In this document: piece by piece, positions 11,345 through 21,212 of the stretch
Position numbering within the stretch: the first letter of the stretch is position 1
How the letters are laid out: each line of letters opens with the position of its first letter
Origin: Methylacidimicrobium fagopyrum
GTDB lineage: Bacteria; Verrucomicrobiota; Verrucomicrobiia; Limisphaerales; UBA11358
NCBI GenBank assembly: GCA_026225255.1
Contig: JAMFSJ010000043.1
Span: forward strand, 23,597 to 87,596
Reading direction: 5' to 3'
Length of the DNA stretch: 64,000 nucleotides
The notes under the pieces: model-generated
The model's database searches: none
Told to the model about the DNA's origin: nothing
The model's input: only the letters and a program-made list of their open reading frames with translations
Program-made: the position numbers and the translations under genes

Positions 11345-11474
11345 TTATAGGGATTAACTGGGTTGGGCAGCAATATAGATACGAATTAGACTGGATTCAA
11401 TGGCTTAAAACTTTGGGTTAATGTCATTGCCCGGCGGCGGCGGACGATGGCTTAATGATTCAAATCCCGTGCCC

Positions 11475-12548
11475 ATGATCTTGAACGATAAACCCGTTAT
11501 GCCGACGATCCGGTTTCCCATCGTCATTTTGGGCGCGGGCGGCATCGTGAAGGACGCGCATCTGCCGGCGTATCGGCTGGCGGGTTTGCCGGTGGACACA
11601 TTGATGAACCGCACGCGGGCACGGGCGGAGGCGCTCGCGGCGGAATATGGCGTCAAAAAAGTTTTTAGCACGGTGGCCGAAGCGATCTCCCACGCGCCGG
11701 CCGATGCCGTTTATGATCTTGCGCTGCCGGCCTCTTTGTTTGCGGATACGCTGCGGCAGCTGCCGGAAGGTGCGCATGTGCTCATCCAAAAACCAATGGG
11801 CGAAACCTTGGCGCAGGCGCGGGAAATTTTGGCGATTTGTCGTGAGAAAAAATTGCACGCCGCCATCAACTGTCAGCTTCGCTACGCGCCGTTTGTCGTG
11901 GCGGCCCGTCAACTCATTGACGCTGGCGTCATCGGCGAATTGACGGATATGGAAATGCGGCTGACGTGTGATACGCCGTGGCATCTGTTTCCGTTTTTGC
12001 AGGGGTTGCCACGCATGGAGATCGTTTATCATAGCGTGCATTATGTGGATTTGATCCGGTCATTTCTGGGTCAACCGGATAAAATTCAGGCGCTGACCTT
12101 GCCGCATCCGAATTTGCCGGGCCTCGCCTCCACGCGCAGCACCATCATCCTGAAATATGCCTCGGGCGTGCGGGCGACGATCACGACGAATCACGACCAT
12201 AACTTCGGCGCGCGCCACCAGGAAAGTTATTTGAAATGGGAAGGCACGCGCGGCGCGATCTGGGCGCGAATCGGTTTGCTGATGGATTATCCGCTCGGCG
12301 CCGGGGACGTGTTTGAATATTGCGTCCGCGAACCTGGCCGTGAACCGGAATGGAAATCCGTTGCGCTCGAAGGCTCATGGTTTCCCGAGGCGTTTGTCGG
12401 CACGATGGCCAGTTTGCAACGGCACAAGGCGGGCAGTGAAAAAATCATGCCCACCTCCGTGGAAGACGTGATCCACACCATGGAATGTGTGGAGGCGGCG
12501 TATCGGGCGAGTGAACACGGCGGTATTTCTCCAAAAACTTTGACGTGA
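11475..12548 (+). CDS. Gfo/Idh/MocA family oxidoreductase
   Basis: N-terminal Rossmann segment IRFPIVILGAGGIVKDAHLPAY, with length and architecture typical of the family. ATG 11475 is preferred to the track start 11421 because it places the Rossmann strand near the N-terminus. Confidence 0.8.
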   Translation: MILNDKPVMPTIRFPIVILGAGGIVKDAHLPAYRLAGLPVDTLMNRTRARAEALAAEYGVKKVFSTVAEAISHAPADAVYDLALPASLFADTLRQLPEGAHVLIQKPMGETLAQAREILAICREKKLHAAINCQLRYAPFVVAARQLIDAGVIGELTDMEMRLTCDTPWHLFPFLQGLPRMEIVYHSVHYVDLIRSFLGQPDKIQALTLPHPNLPGLASTRSTIILKYASGVRATITTNHDHNFGARHQESYLKWEGTRGAIWARIGLLMDYPLGAGDVFEYCVREPGREPEWKSVALEGSWFPEAFVGTMASLQRHKAGSEKIMPTSVEDVIHTMECVEAAYRASEHGGISPKTLT

Positions 12549-13711
12549 TGAAAACGAAAACAATTTTGCGCGGCATCACCTGGAACCACACGCGCGGTTT
12601 TTTGCCGATGGTGGCGACCGCCCAACGTTTTTCGGAAATCCACCCGGATGTGGAAATCATCTGGGAAAAACGTTCGCTCCAGGAATTTGCCGACGCGCCG
12701 ATCGTTAATTTAATTGAAAAATATGACCTGCTCGTGATTGATCATCCGTGGGCCGGCTACGGCGCGGCGCACGGCGCCTTGCTGCCGCTGGAAAGAAAAT
12801 CGCCGCCGCATTTTATCGCCGATCAACAGCGCCACCAAGTCGGGCCGTCGCACGATAGTTACACGTTTGACGGGGTGCAGACGGCGTTTGCGATTGATGC
12901 GGCCACGCCGGTTGCCTCGTGGCGGGAAGATTTATTAAATGCCACGCCGCCCAAAAACTGGGATGAAGTTTTGACGCTCGCGCGGAATAAAAAAGTTTTA
13001 TTCGCCGGCATTCCGATTGATTCGTTGATGAATTTTTACATGTTGTGCGGGGCGCTTGGCGAAGAACCGTTCCGGCAAAAGGAAACCGTGGTCACGCGCG
13101 AAGTTGGCCGCCGTGCGCTGGCGCATTTGCGTGAACTCGCCGCGCTTTGTTCGCCGCGCATGTTTTCGATGAATCCGATCGCCGTTTACGAAGCGTTGTC
13201 GCGGACGGATGATTTTGTTTATTGCCCGTTCGCATATGGCTATTCGAATTATTCGCGTGCCGGTTACAGTCGAAAACTGCTGACGTTTGGCGATGTGCCG
13301 GTCTTCCGCGAACACCGGCTCCGCAGCACGCTGGGTGGAACCGGCTTGGCGATCTCGGCCAAGACGTTGCATCCCGAAATCGCAATTGCCTACGCCGAAT
13401 TTGTCGCCGGCGCGGAAATTCAGAAAACTATTTACACCACTGCCGGTGGGCAGCCGGGACATCGCGCCGCGTGGTTGGACGCGGAAAATAACCGGCTGAC
13501 GAATAATTATTTTACCCGCACCTTGCCCGCGCTGGACAACGCGTATCTGCGCCCGCGTTACAATGGCTATCTGCATTTTCAAGATCACGCGGGCGATGGC
13601 GTGCGCGCCTTCATGATGGGCGAGGCGGCGGCGGATGCGGTGTTGGAAAAAATGGATTCACTTTACGCCGAATCACTCGCGATTTCCCACGCTAAAATTT
13701 CCCGGGAATAA
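12548..13711 (+). CDS. Solute-binding-protein-like protein without signal peptide (function unknown)
   Basis: The sequence style is that of periplasmic-binding-protein type 2 folds ([23 protein letters not shown]...[12 protein letters not shown]...[10 protein letters not shown]), but there is no hydrophobic leader. ATG overlaps the upstream stop (TGATG). The family assignment is tentative. Confidence 0.5.
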   Translation: MKTKTILRGITWNHTRGFLPMVATAQRFSEIHPDVEIIWEKRSLQEFADAPIVNLIEKYDLLVIDHPWAGYGAAHGALLPLERKSPPHFIADQQRHQVGPSHDSYTFDGVQTAFAIDAATPVASWREDLLNATPPKNWDEVLTLARNKKVLFAGIPIDSLMNFYMLCGALGEEPFRQKETVVTREVGRRALAHLRELAALCSPRMFSMNPIAVYEALSRTDDFVYCPFAYGYSNYSRAGYSRKLLTFGDVPVFREHRLRSTLGGTGLAISAKTLHPEIAIAYAEFVAGAEIQKTIYTTAGGQPGHRAAWLDAENNRLTNNYFTRTLPALDNAYLRPRYNGYLHFQDHAGDGVRAFMMGEAAADAVLEKMDSLYAESLAISHAKISRE

Positions 13712-13716
13712 TATTT

Positions 13717-14160
13717 ATGTTCATCACGCAATTTTTTGAAGACTACGCTGTCGGCTATGTGCGGGAAACTTTGGGTCGCACGATCACGGAGACGGACATT
13801 GTCGTCCACGCCGGCCAGACGGGCGATTTTTACCCGCATCACATGGATGCCGAATGGTGCAAGACGCAAGAGTTCAAGCAACGTATCGCGCACGGCACGT
13901 TGATCTTCAGCGTCGCGGTTGGCATGACGGCGGGCGCGATCAATCCCGAGGCGTTTTCCTACGGCTATGACCGCTTGCGTTTCATCAAGCCCGTTTTTAT
14001 TGGCGATACCATCCGCGTTCGCGTGACGATCAAGGAAAAGCACGACCACAAAAAACCAACGCATGGCGTGGTCAGCGAGTTGGTGGAAGTCTTCAATCAA
14101 CACAATGAAACCGTGCTTGCGTGCGAGCATTTATTGCTCGTGCGCCGGAAAAATTTATGA
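13717..14160 (+). CDS. MaoC-like (hot-dog fold) dehydratase/hydratase subunit
   Basis: 147 aa. Segments [28 protein letters not shown] and [15 protein letters not shown] are typical of MaoC/R-hydratase hot-dog proteins. Confidence 0.8.
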   Translation: MFITQFFEDYAVGYVRETLGRTITETDIVVHAGQTGDFYPHHMDAEWCKTQEFKQRIAHGTLIFSVAVGMTAGAINPEAFSYGYDRLRFIKPVFIGDTIRVRVTIKEKHDHKKPTHGVVSELVEVFNQHNETVLACEHLLLVRRKNL

Positions 14161-15302
14161 AGCCACTTGAAGGATTATTAGTTCTGGATTTCAGTCAGTT
14201 TCTCGCCGGGCCCAGTGCGGCGATGCGGCTGGCCGATTTGGGCGCGCGCGTGATTAAAATCGAACGCCCCGGCGGCGGCGACATTTGCCGTCAACTTTAC
14301 ATCTCCAATTCGAAGCTGGATGGCGACAGCACCTTGTTTCACTCCATCAATCGGAACAAACAAAGTTTCGCCGCCGACTTGAAAGATCCCGCTGATCTGG
14401 CGCGGGTAAAAAAACTCGTCGCGCAAGCCGATGTGCTGATCCAAAACTTCCGCCCCGGCGTGATGAAACGCATCGGCCTCGACTACGAGGAAGTTGCCAA
14501 AATCAATCCGCGTCTCGTTTATGGCATCGTCACCGGCTACGGCACCAGCGGGCCGTGGGTGGATTTACCGGGCCAGGATTTGCTCGCCCAAAGCCGCAGC
14601 GGGCTCGTGTGGTTGAGCGGCGATGCGGATCGTCCGCCCACGCCGATGGGCCTCGCCGTGTGCGATCTCGCGGCCAGCGCGCATCTGGTCCAAGGCATTC
14701 TCGCCTGTCTGTTGCGCCGCGCGACCACGGGGCAGGGCGGTAAGATTGAAGTCAGTTTGCTTGAATCCATTTTGGATCTGCAATTTGAACTCACAACCAC
14801 GTTTCTCAATGACGGCGGAAAATTGCCGCAACGCAGCACGATCAATAACGGCCACGCTTATCTCGGTGCGCCCTACGGAATTTACGCAACGGCCAACGGC
14901 TTTCTCGCGCTGGCGATGGGCTCAGTCGTGCGGCTTGGTGAATTGTTGGAAATGCCCGCGCTGGCAACCTTTGCCAATCCCGATTCATGGTTTTCGCAGC
15001 GCGATGAAATCAAGGCATTGCTCCGCGAGCATCTGAAGACCCAACCCACCCAACACTGGCTGGATCGCTTGGTGCCGGCCGATTATTGGTGCGCCGAAGT
15101 TTTGAACTGGCAGGAGCTTTTTAAACACGCGGCCTTCGCCGAATTGGATTGGGTCATGGAAGTCCAACGCGAGGACGGACCGGTGATGAAAACCACCCGT
15201 TGCCCGATCACCATTGACGGCGCGCGTTACAAATCCCGGCTCGGGGCGCCGCGGGTCGGCCAGCACAACGAACAAATCACCCAGGAATTTGGCCTCGCCT
15301 GA
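14157..15302 (+). CDS. Family III CoA-transferase (CaiB/BaiF/Frc family)
   Basis: N-terminal signature [39 protein letters not shown] 14157 overlaps the upstream stop (ATGA). Confidence 0.85.
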   Translation: MKPLEGLLVLDFSQFLAGPSAAMRLADLGARVIKIERPGGGDICRQLYISNSKLDGDSTLFHSINRNKQSFAADLKDPADLARVKKLVAQADVLIQNFRPGVMKRIGLDYEEVAKINPRLVYGIVTGYGTSGPWVDLPGQDLLAQSRSGLVWLSGDADRPPTPMGLAVCDLAASAHLVQGILACLLRRATTGQGGKIEVSLLESILDLQFELTTTFLNDGGKLPQRSTINNGHAYLGAPYGIYATANGFLALAMGSVVRLGELLEMPALATFANPDSWFSQRDEIKALLREHLKTQPTQHWLDRLVPADYWCAEVLNWQELFKHAAFAELDWVMEVQREDGPVMKTTRCPITIDGARYKSRLGAPRVGQHNEQITQEFGLA

Positions 15303-15317
15303 ATCCGCCATCGTAAC

Positions 15318-15839
15318 ATGAAAAATCCCAATCCTGATCCCGCCAAGCACAAGGAGATTCCCATCTGGAACGCCGAGAATTGGTTTTATGAAGACATCGT
15401 CATCGGCAAAAAATTGCGCTCCATCCGTCGCACGTTATCCGAAGGCGAGAGCATGCAGTTCAATGCGCTCGTGCTGGACATGCACCCGTATGTCGCCGAT
15501 GAAATTTTCGCGAAGACCGAAGGCGTTTTTGGTAAACGATTGATCGCGGGCGCGATGGTTTTCAGCGTTGGCCTCGGGTTGGTCGCCACCAATTGCGTGA
15601 ATGCGTTCAGTTATGGCTACGATAAACTGCGTTTCATTAAACCGGTTTTCATCGGCGATACGCTTTACACCATTAAAACTGATTTGGAAAAAGCACCAAA
15701 ATATAAAGAGATGGGCTTGTATCGCGCCAGCTACGAGATTTTTAAAAACGATGGTGAACTGGTGCTCTACTGCGAGCATTTGCAAACGGTGAAATATCGC
15801 AACCCCGCCGCGTTTGCGGATCAAATTGGAAAACCATGA
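15318..15839 (+). CDS. MaoC-like (hot-dog fold) dehydratase/hydratase subunit, second copy
   Basis: 173 aa. It is paralogous to 13717-14160 ([15 protein letters not shown] versus [15 protein letters not shown]; [13 protein letters not shown] versus [13 protein letters not shown]). Confidence 0.8.
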   Translation: MKNPNPDPAKHKEIPIWNAENWFYEDIVIGKKLRSIRRTLSEGESMQFNALVLDMHPYVADEIFAKTEGVFGKRLIAGAMVFSVGLGLVATNCVNAFSYGYDKLRFIKPVFIGDTLYTIKTDLEKAPKYKEMGLYRASYEIFKNDGELVLYCEHLQTVKYRNPAAFADQIGKP

Positions 15840-16900
15840 TCGCTCCCAACCCGCTCCTCGGCACCGGCCTGCACGCCATCGGCGCAATGTTCGCTGCCCT
15901 GTGCTACACACCGCAACGCCGGGTCGTCCGCTGGTCGTGGCAATCCTACTGGCTCGTGCAAGCGCTGTTCTGCTGGTTGCTGCTGCCGGTTTTGGGAGCA
16001 TGGCTGACGATTCCTGAATTGGCCACGGTGTTGCGCGAAGCCCCGCACGCCGCGATGTGGCAATCCTTTTTACTTGGCGCCGCCTATGGCATCGGCGGAA
16101 CCGCCTTCGGCATTGCCATTCGCTACATTGGCTTTTCACTGACCTATGCGATCGCCATCGGGCTTTCCACCGTGCTGGGCACCTTGATCCCGCCGCTCGT
16201 GAAAGGAACCCTGGCTACGACCTTGGCGGGGCCGGGCGCGCAGTGGGTGATCGGCGGCATTGCCATTGGCGTGGTCGGCATCGCTTTTTCCGGCGTCGCT
16301 GGCCGGATGAAGGAACGCGACCTGAACACGTCGGCGCAACTCGCCGGATTTTCGCTGATGAAAGGACTATTGCTCTCGCTGCTCGCCGGCGTGCTTTCGG
16401 CGGTTTACGGCTTCGCGCTGGAAGCCGGCGCACCGATTGCCAATGTCGCTTCCGCTCACGGCGCGGGCGTCTTCAGCGGTAACGTGGTTTATATTTTCTC
16501 CAACACCGGCGCTTTTTTAAGCACGGCGATTTATTGTCTCTGGCTGCATCGCAAACATAAAACGCTCGGTGAAATCATCGGTTTGCCTGCCGGCACCGAA
16601 CGTGCCCGCCTGCCCGTGAATTGGGCGATGGCGGTGCTGACCGGTTGCCTGTGGTATGGTCAGTTTTTTTTCTATAACCTCGGCCACGTGCGCATGGGCA
16701 ATTATCAATTCGTCAGTTGGGCGATTCACATGCTCATGCTCATCTTGTTCAGTATCATCGTCGGCGTGTGGCTGCATGAATGGCGGAATTCGCGTCCGGC
16801 GACCAAGACCGTGCTTGGGCTCGCGTTCGTCGTGCTGGCAGGTGCGATTCTGGCGCTGACTTATGGCAACCATCTCGCGGAAATAAAACCTACCTCGTGA
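15836..16900 (+). CDS. RhaT-family sugar:proton symporter (L-rhamnose/6-deoxyhexose type)
   Basis: 10-TM protein. The N-terminal region aligns by eye with E. coli RhaT ([27 protein letters not shown] versus [27 protein letters not shown]). ATG overlaps the upstream stop (ATGA). Confidence 0.75.
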   Translation: MIAPNPLLGTGLHAIGAMFAALCYTPQRRVVRWSWQSYWLVQALFCWLLLPVLGAWLTIPELATVLREAPHAAMWQSFLLGAAYGIGGTAFGIAIRYIGFSLTYAIAIGLSTVLGTLIPPLVKGTLATTLAGPGAQWVIGGIAIGVVGIAFSGVAGRMKERDLNTSAQLAGFSLMKGLLLSLLAGVLSAVYGFALEAGAPIANVASAHGAGVFSGNVVYIFSNTGAFLSTAIYCLWLHRKHKTLGEIIGLPAGTERARLPVNWAMAVLTGCLWYGQFFFYNLGHVRMGNYQFVSWAIHMLMLILFSIIVGVWLHEWRNSRPATKTVLGLAFVVLAGAILALTYGNHLAEIKPTS

Positions 16901-16903
16901 CCT

Positions 16904-17740
16904 ATGCGACTCATTGATACGCATCAACATCTTTGGGATCTGGCGCAATTTCCTTATTCGTGGTGCGCCGGCATTCCCGCGCTCAACCGCAGTTTTTCGC
17001 TGGACGATTATCGCGCCGCCGCCGCGGGCACTGGCATCGAAAAAACCATCTTCGTGGAATGTGATGTGGATGAACCGCACATTCTCGCCGAGGCGCAACA
17101 CATCCAAAAGTTGGCCGACCAAAATCCGCTCATCGCTGGCATCGTCGCCGGTGGCCGCCCGGAAAAAACAGGTTTTCCCGCGCACTTGGAAAAGTTATTG
17201 GCATTACCAAAACTGCGTGGCGTGCGGCGCGTCTTACACGTCGTGCCGGACGAGATTTCACAAAGCACGTTGTTCGCGGAAAATATTCGGCGGCTCGCGG
17301 AACACCGGCTCACGTTTGACCTGTGCGTGCTCGCGCGACAATTGCCACTCGCCGCGGCGCTGGTCAAAAAATGTCCCGACGTCCAATTCATCCTGGATCA
17401 CTGCGGCGTGCCGGACGTGAAAGGCCACGCCTTCGATCCGTGGCGGACGGAGCTGAAGGAACTCGCCGCGTTGCCAAATGTCGCCTGTAAAATCAGCGGG
17501 TTGATCGCTTATGCCGATGCGGAAAAATGGACGGCAGAAAATCTGCGGCCCTGGGTGGAGCACGCGATTGAATGCTTCGGCTGGGATCGCGTTCTCTGGG
17601 GCGGCGATTGGCCGGTTTGCAATCTGACGGCGTCACTCGGGCAATGGGTGGCGACGACCCATAAAATATTTCTCGGCGCAAAAAATCTCGAACGGGAAGC
17701 GTTGTTTTGTAATAATGCCGAGAGGATTTATCATGTTTAG
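16904..17740 (+). CDS. Amidohydrolase-2 family protein (candidate L-fucono-1,5-lactonase)
   Basis: The MRLIDTHQHLWD start is typical of the amidohydrolase_2 family. The size (278 aa) and the context next to fucose-pathway genes match the characterised Burkholderia L-fuconolactonase type. Confidence 0.7.
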   Translation: MRLIDTHQHLWDLAQFPYSWCAGIPALNRSFSLDDYRAAAAGTGIEKTIFVECDVDEPHILAEAQHIQKLADQNPLIAGIVAGGRPEKTGFPAHLEKLLALPKLRGVRRVLHVVPDEISQSTLFAENIRRLAEHRLTFDLCVLARQLPLAAALVKKCPDVQFILDHCGVPDVKGHAFDPWRTELKELAALPNVACKISGLIAYADAEKWTAENLRPWVEHAIECFGWDRVLWGGDWPVCNLTASLGQWVATTHKIFLGAKNLEREALFCNNAERIYHV

Positions 17741-18473
17741 CCTCAAAAATAAAACCGCCCTCGTCACCGGCGGAGCCTCGGGCATCGGCGCGGCGATTGC
17801 GGAAACATTCGCGCAAGCCGGCGCAACGGTTTGGGTCGCCGATCGCAATGAAAAAGATGGTCGCGCCTTCGCCGAGCGTATCGGCGGTAAATTTATTTCC
17901 ATTGATGTCGCGAGTGAAGCTGATTGCGAAAAAGCGGCGCAAACGGTCGGCGCGCTGGATATTTTGGCGAACGTTGCGGGCATTGGCCACGTTGGCACAC
18001 TGCTCAACACAACCGCGGTTGATCTGGATAAACTTTACGCCGTGAACGTGCGCGGCATTTTCAATTGCTGCAAGGCCTTTGCGCCCGCGATGCTGGAACG
18101 CAAATACGGCAGCGTCATCAACATGGCGTCCATCGGCGGTATCGTGGCGGTGCGTGAGCGGCTCGCTTACACGACCACGAAATTTGCCGTCGTCGGTTTG
18201 ACCAAGGCGCTCGCGCTCGATCATTCGCACACCGGCGTGCGGTTTAATTGCATCTGCCCCGGCCGCGTTGAAACCCCGTTCGTCATGGCGCGTTTGAATG
18301 AATATCCTGATCCGCAAGCCGCGTATCGCGACATGGCTTCGACGCAATTGAATGGTCGCATGGCCAAGCCGGAAGAGATCGCCGCCTCCGCGTTATATCT
18401 CGCGGCAGACGAAAGTGCGATGGTCACCGGTAGTTCGCTGATGATTGATGGCGGCTGGAGCGCGGGGAAATAA
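17733..18473 (+). CDS. SDR family oxidoreductase (second dehydrogenase of the fucose route)
   Basis: [12 protein letters not shown] cofactor motif and YTTTKFA catalytic motif. ATG 17733 overlaps the upstream gene by 8 nt. Confidence 0.85.
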   Translation: MFSLKNKTALVTGGASGIGAAIAETFAQAGATVWVADRNEKDGRAFAERIGGKFISIDVASEADCEKAAQTVGALDILANVAGIGHVGTLLNTTAVDLDKLYAVNVRGIFNCCKAFAPAMLERKYGSVINMASIGGIVAVRERLAYTTTKFAVVGLTKALALDHSHTGVRFNCICPGRVETPFVMARLNEYPDPQAAYRDMASTQLNGRMAKPEEIAASALYLAADESAMVTGSSLMIDGGWSAGK

Positions 18474-18476
18474 AGC

Positions 18477-18552
18477 AATGTGCTGCCGACATTTTGTCGG
18501 TCGGAGAAAACGTCTATTGCAACAACTGCCAACAGAATGTTGGCAGCACTTT
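18477..18552. repeat. Inverted pair of about 25-nt hairpin elements inside the fucose operon
   Basis: aatgtgctgccgacattttgtcgg (18477-18500), and the reverse complement of 18526-18552 (aaagtgctgccaacattctgttggcag). Confidence 0.8.
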
Positions 18553-18584
18553 GGCGGCGCAGAGAATTTTTAAATTATTAATTT

Positions 18585-19388
18585 ATGAAAATTATTCGTT
18601 ATCAAGACAAGCAAGGTTCCGTGGGATATGCCGCGCAACAAGCCGACGGCTCGGCATTGAAACTTACGGGCGATATTTATGGTTCGCCCAAACTTACGAC
18701 GGAAAAAGCCGATGTCGCCAAGTTGCTCGCGCCCGTCCAGCCGAGTTCCATCATCTGTATCGGCCTGAACTACCGCAAGCATGCCGAGGAAACCAATGCG
18801 AAGTTTCCCGAAGTGCCGATCGTTTTTTTCAAAGGCATCAACACCTTGCAAAATCCCGGCGATGCCATTGAGATTCCCACGCACATGCGCAGCGATGAAG
18901 TGGATTATGAATGCGAACTCGCCGTCGTCATCGGTCGCGCTTGCAAAAACGCCACGCGCCAAAACGCATTGAGTTATGTGCTCGGCTACATGTGCGCCAA
19001 CGACGTCAGCGCGCGCGATTGGCAGATCAAACGCGGCGGCGGCCAATGGTGTCGCGGCAAAAGCTTCGATACGTTCAGCCCGCTCGGCCCGGCATTGGTG
19101 ACGACGGATGAAATTCCTAATCCCAATACGTTAAAGATCCGCACTGTTTTGAACGGCGAAGTGATGCAAGATTGGAACACGAACGACATGATCTTCGACA
19201 TCCCGACGTTGATCGAATTTCTGAGCGGTAGCACCACGCTCTTGCCTGGCACGGTCATTTTGACCGGCACCCCGCACGGCGTCGGCATGGCGCAAAAGCC
19301 CCAACGCTGGTTGAAACCCGGCGACAGCGTGACGATTGAGATCGAGAAGATTGGCGCGTTGATCAATCCGGTTGTGAACGAAATTTGA
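18585..19388 (+). CDS. Fumarylacetoacetate hydrolase (FAH) family protein (candidate 2,4-diketo-3-deoxy-L-fuconate hydrolase)
   Basis: FAH-fold segments DYECELAVVIGR, GKSFDTFSPLGP and LPGTVILTGTPHGVG. Confidence 0.8.
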   Translation: MKIIRYQDKQGSVGYAAQQADGSALKLTGDIYGSPKLTTEKADVAKLLAPVQPSSIICIGLNYRKHAEETNAKFPEVPIVFFKGINTLQNPGDAIEIPTHMRSDEVDYECELAVVIGRACKNATRQNALSYVLGYMCANDVSARDWQIKRGGGQWCRGKSFDTFSPLGPALVTTDEIPNPNTLKIRTVLNGEVMQDWNTNDMIFDIPTLIEFLSGSTTLLPGTVILTGTPHGVGMAQKPQRWLKPGDSVTIEIEKIGALINPVVNEI

Positions 19389-19432
19389 AGCGGGAAAACA
19401 GATTTGTTTTTCGTTAGCTGGTAGCCGAGGGT

Positions 19433-19457
19433 GCGTCGCCTCAACGTGAGGCGACGC
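19433..19457. terminator. Hairpin between convergent FAH gene and fabF
   Basis: gcgtcgcctca-acg-tgaggcgacgc, an 11-bp perfect stem. Confidence 0.6.
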
Positions 19458-19486
19458 TCAATAAACTTAACCACGCGTTTCGCGTT

Positions 19487-20746
19487 TTACCCGACAAACT
19501 TCTTGGCTGCAATCGTCGAGTTGTGGCCGCCAAAACCGAAGGAGTTATTGATGATGGCATCCACTTTCAGTTCCCGCGCAACGTTCGGGACGTAATCCAG
19601 ATCGCACTCGGGATCGGGCACTTGCAGGTTGATCGTCGGCGGCACAACGCCGTGTTTGATGGCCAGCGCACATACCGCGGTTTCCACGGCGCCGGCGGCG
19701 CCGAGCATGTGACCGGTCGCACCTTTGGTGGAACTGACGGCGAGTTTTTTGGCGTGTTCACCGAAAACCGTTTTGATCGCTTGCGTTTCCGCCACGTCAC
19801 CCACCGGGGTGGAAGTGCCGTGGGCGTTGACGTAACTGATGTCAGACGGATTTAAGCCTGCGCCGCGCAAGGCCATTTTCATGCTGCGACTCGCGCCTTC
19901 GCCACCGGGCGGCGGCGAGGTGAGATGATACGCGTCCGCGGTGTTGCCGTAACCGGCGATTTCGCAATAAATCTGGGCGCCACGCTTTTTGGCGTGTTCC
20001 AATTCTTCCAAAACGAGCACGCCAGCGCCTTCGCCCATCACGAAACCATCGCGTTCTTTATCGAACGGACGCGAGGCGTGTTTGGGGTCGTCATTGCGTG
20101 TGCTCATGGCGCGCATGGCGCAGAAACCGCCAATACCGACGGGCACAATGGTCGCTTCAGCACCGCCGGCAAACATCACTTGCGCGTCGCCCATCTTGAT
20201 CGTGCGCCAGGCTTCGCCGATGGCGTGATTTGCCGTCGCGCAAGCGGAGCAGGTCGCGAAGTTCGGTCCGCGCAAATTGAAATACATCGAGACGAGACCG
20301 GACGCCATGTTGGAGATCAACATGGGAATCATGAACGGCGACAACTTTTTCGGGCCGCGTTCGAGCAAAATTTTGTGTTGTTCGCCCGTCGTTTGCAGAC
20401 CGCCGATGCCGGAGCCGAGGAACACGCCGATTTCGTCGCAATTTTCTTGGGCAAGATCGAGGCCGGAATCTTTCAAAGCCGACCACGCCGCGTAAACGCC
20501 GAATTGCGAATAACGATCCGTGCGCCGGATTTCTTTCGGCGAGGGAAACGCGGGCGTCGGATCAAAATTTTTCACTTCCGCCGCCACCTGGGTGTCGAAA
20601 GGCGACGCGTCGAACGACGTGATTTTGTCCACGCCGCACTGGCCAGCGATCAGGTTTTTCCAGAACGTGTCCAGATCATTACCCAATGACGTGACGACGC
20701 CCATGCCCGTGACGACCACGCGGCGCTCGGTATAGTTATTTACCAT
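19487..20746 (-). CDS. fabF: Beta-ketoacyl-ACP synthase II
   Basis: RRVVVTGMGVVTSLG start, active-site region FATCSACATANHAIGEA, HGTSTPVGD and GHMLGAAG. Confidence 0.95.
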   Translation of the reverse strand: MVNNYTERRVVVTGMGVVTSLGNDLDTFWKNLIAGQCGVDKITSFDASPFDTQVAAEVKNFDPTPAFPSPKEIRRTDRYSQFGVYAAWSALKDSGLDLAQENCDEIGVFLGSGIGGLQTTGEQHKILLERGPKKLSPFMIPMLISNMASGLVSMYFNLRGPNFATCSACATANHAIGEAWRTIKMGDAQVMFAGGAEATIVPVGIGGFCAMRAMSTRNDDPKHASRPFDKERDGFVMGEGAGVLVLEELEHAKKRGAQIYCEIAGYGNTADAYHLTSPPPGGEGASRSMKMALRGAGLNPSDISYVNAHGTSTPVGDVAETQAIKTVFGEHAKKLAVSSTKGATGHMLGAAGAVETAVCALAIKHGVVPPTINLQVPDPECDLDYVPNVARELKVDAIINNSFGFGGHNSTIAAKKFVG

Positions 20747-20781
20747 ATTGCCAGATTACCATGTTGAAATTTAAAATCAAA

Positions 20782-20819
20782 CGGGGCAGTTCGGGCTGTG
20801 TCCAGCCAAAACTGCCCCG
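20782..20819 (-). terminator. Intra-operon hairpin between acpP and fabF (attenuator/terminator-like)
   Basis: cggggcagtt / aactgccccg, a 10-bp stem, followed on the minus strand by tttgattttaaattt. Confidence 0.55.
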
Positions 20820-20833
20820 GGTTCTAAATCAAA

Positions 20834-21076
20834 TTACTTTTGAACTTCTTCGATGTATTTGGTCACATCGCCGACGCTCTGGAGCTTTTCAGCTTGTTCA
20901 TCCGGCACTTCGATGCCGAATTCTTCTTCCAAGGCCATCACCAGCTCAACGGTGTCGAGCGAGTCCGCGCCTAAATCTTCGATAAACTTGGCTTCCGGCG
21001 TCACTTGATCCGGTTTAACTCCGAGTTGTTCGACGATGATGTCTTTTACGCGTTGGTCAATAGGTTTGTCTGACAT
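20834..21076 (-). CDS. acpP: Acyl carrier protein
   Basis: 80 aa, with [20 protein letters not shown] containing the phosphopantetheine-attachment Ser. Confidence 0.95.
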   Translation of the reverse strand: MSDKPIDQRVKDIIVEQLGVKPDQVTPEAKFIEDLGADSLDTVELVMALEEEFGIEVPDEQAEKLQSVGDVTKYIEEVQK

Positions 21077-21212
21077 AAATATGAATGATTTTCTCTTAAA
21101 ACGGCCATGCCCGTCAAGCCTCGATTTTGATCCGCCCCATCGTCCGGCTCGTTCTCATCCTCACTTTTTTGTTTTGAGGATGACGATGACGATGAGCATG
21201 AGCAGGATTATA

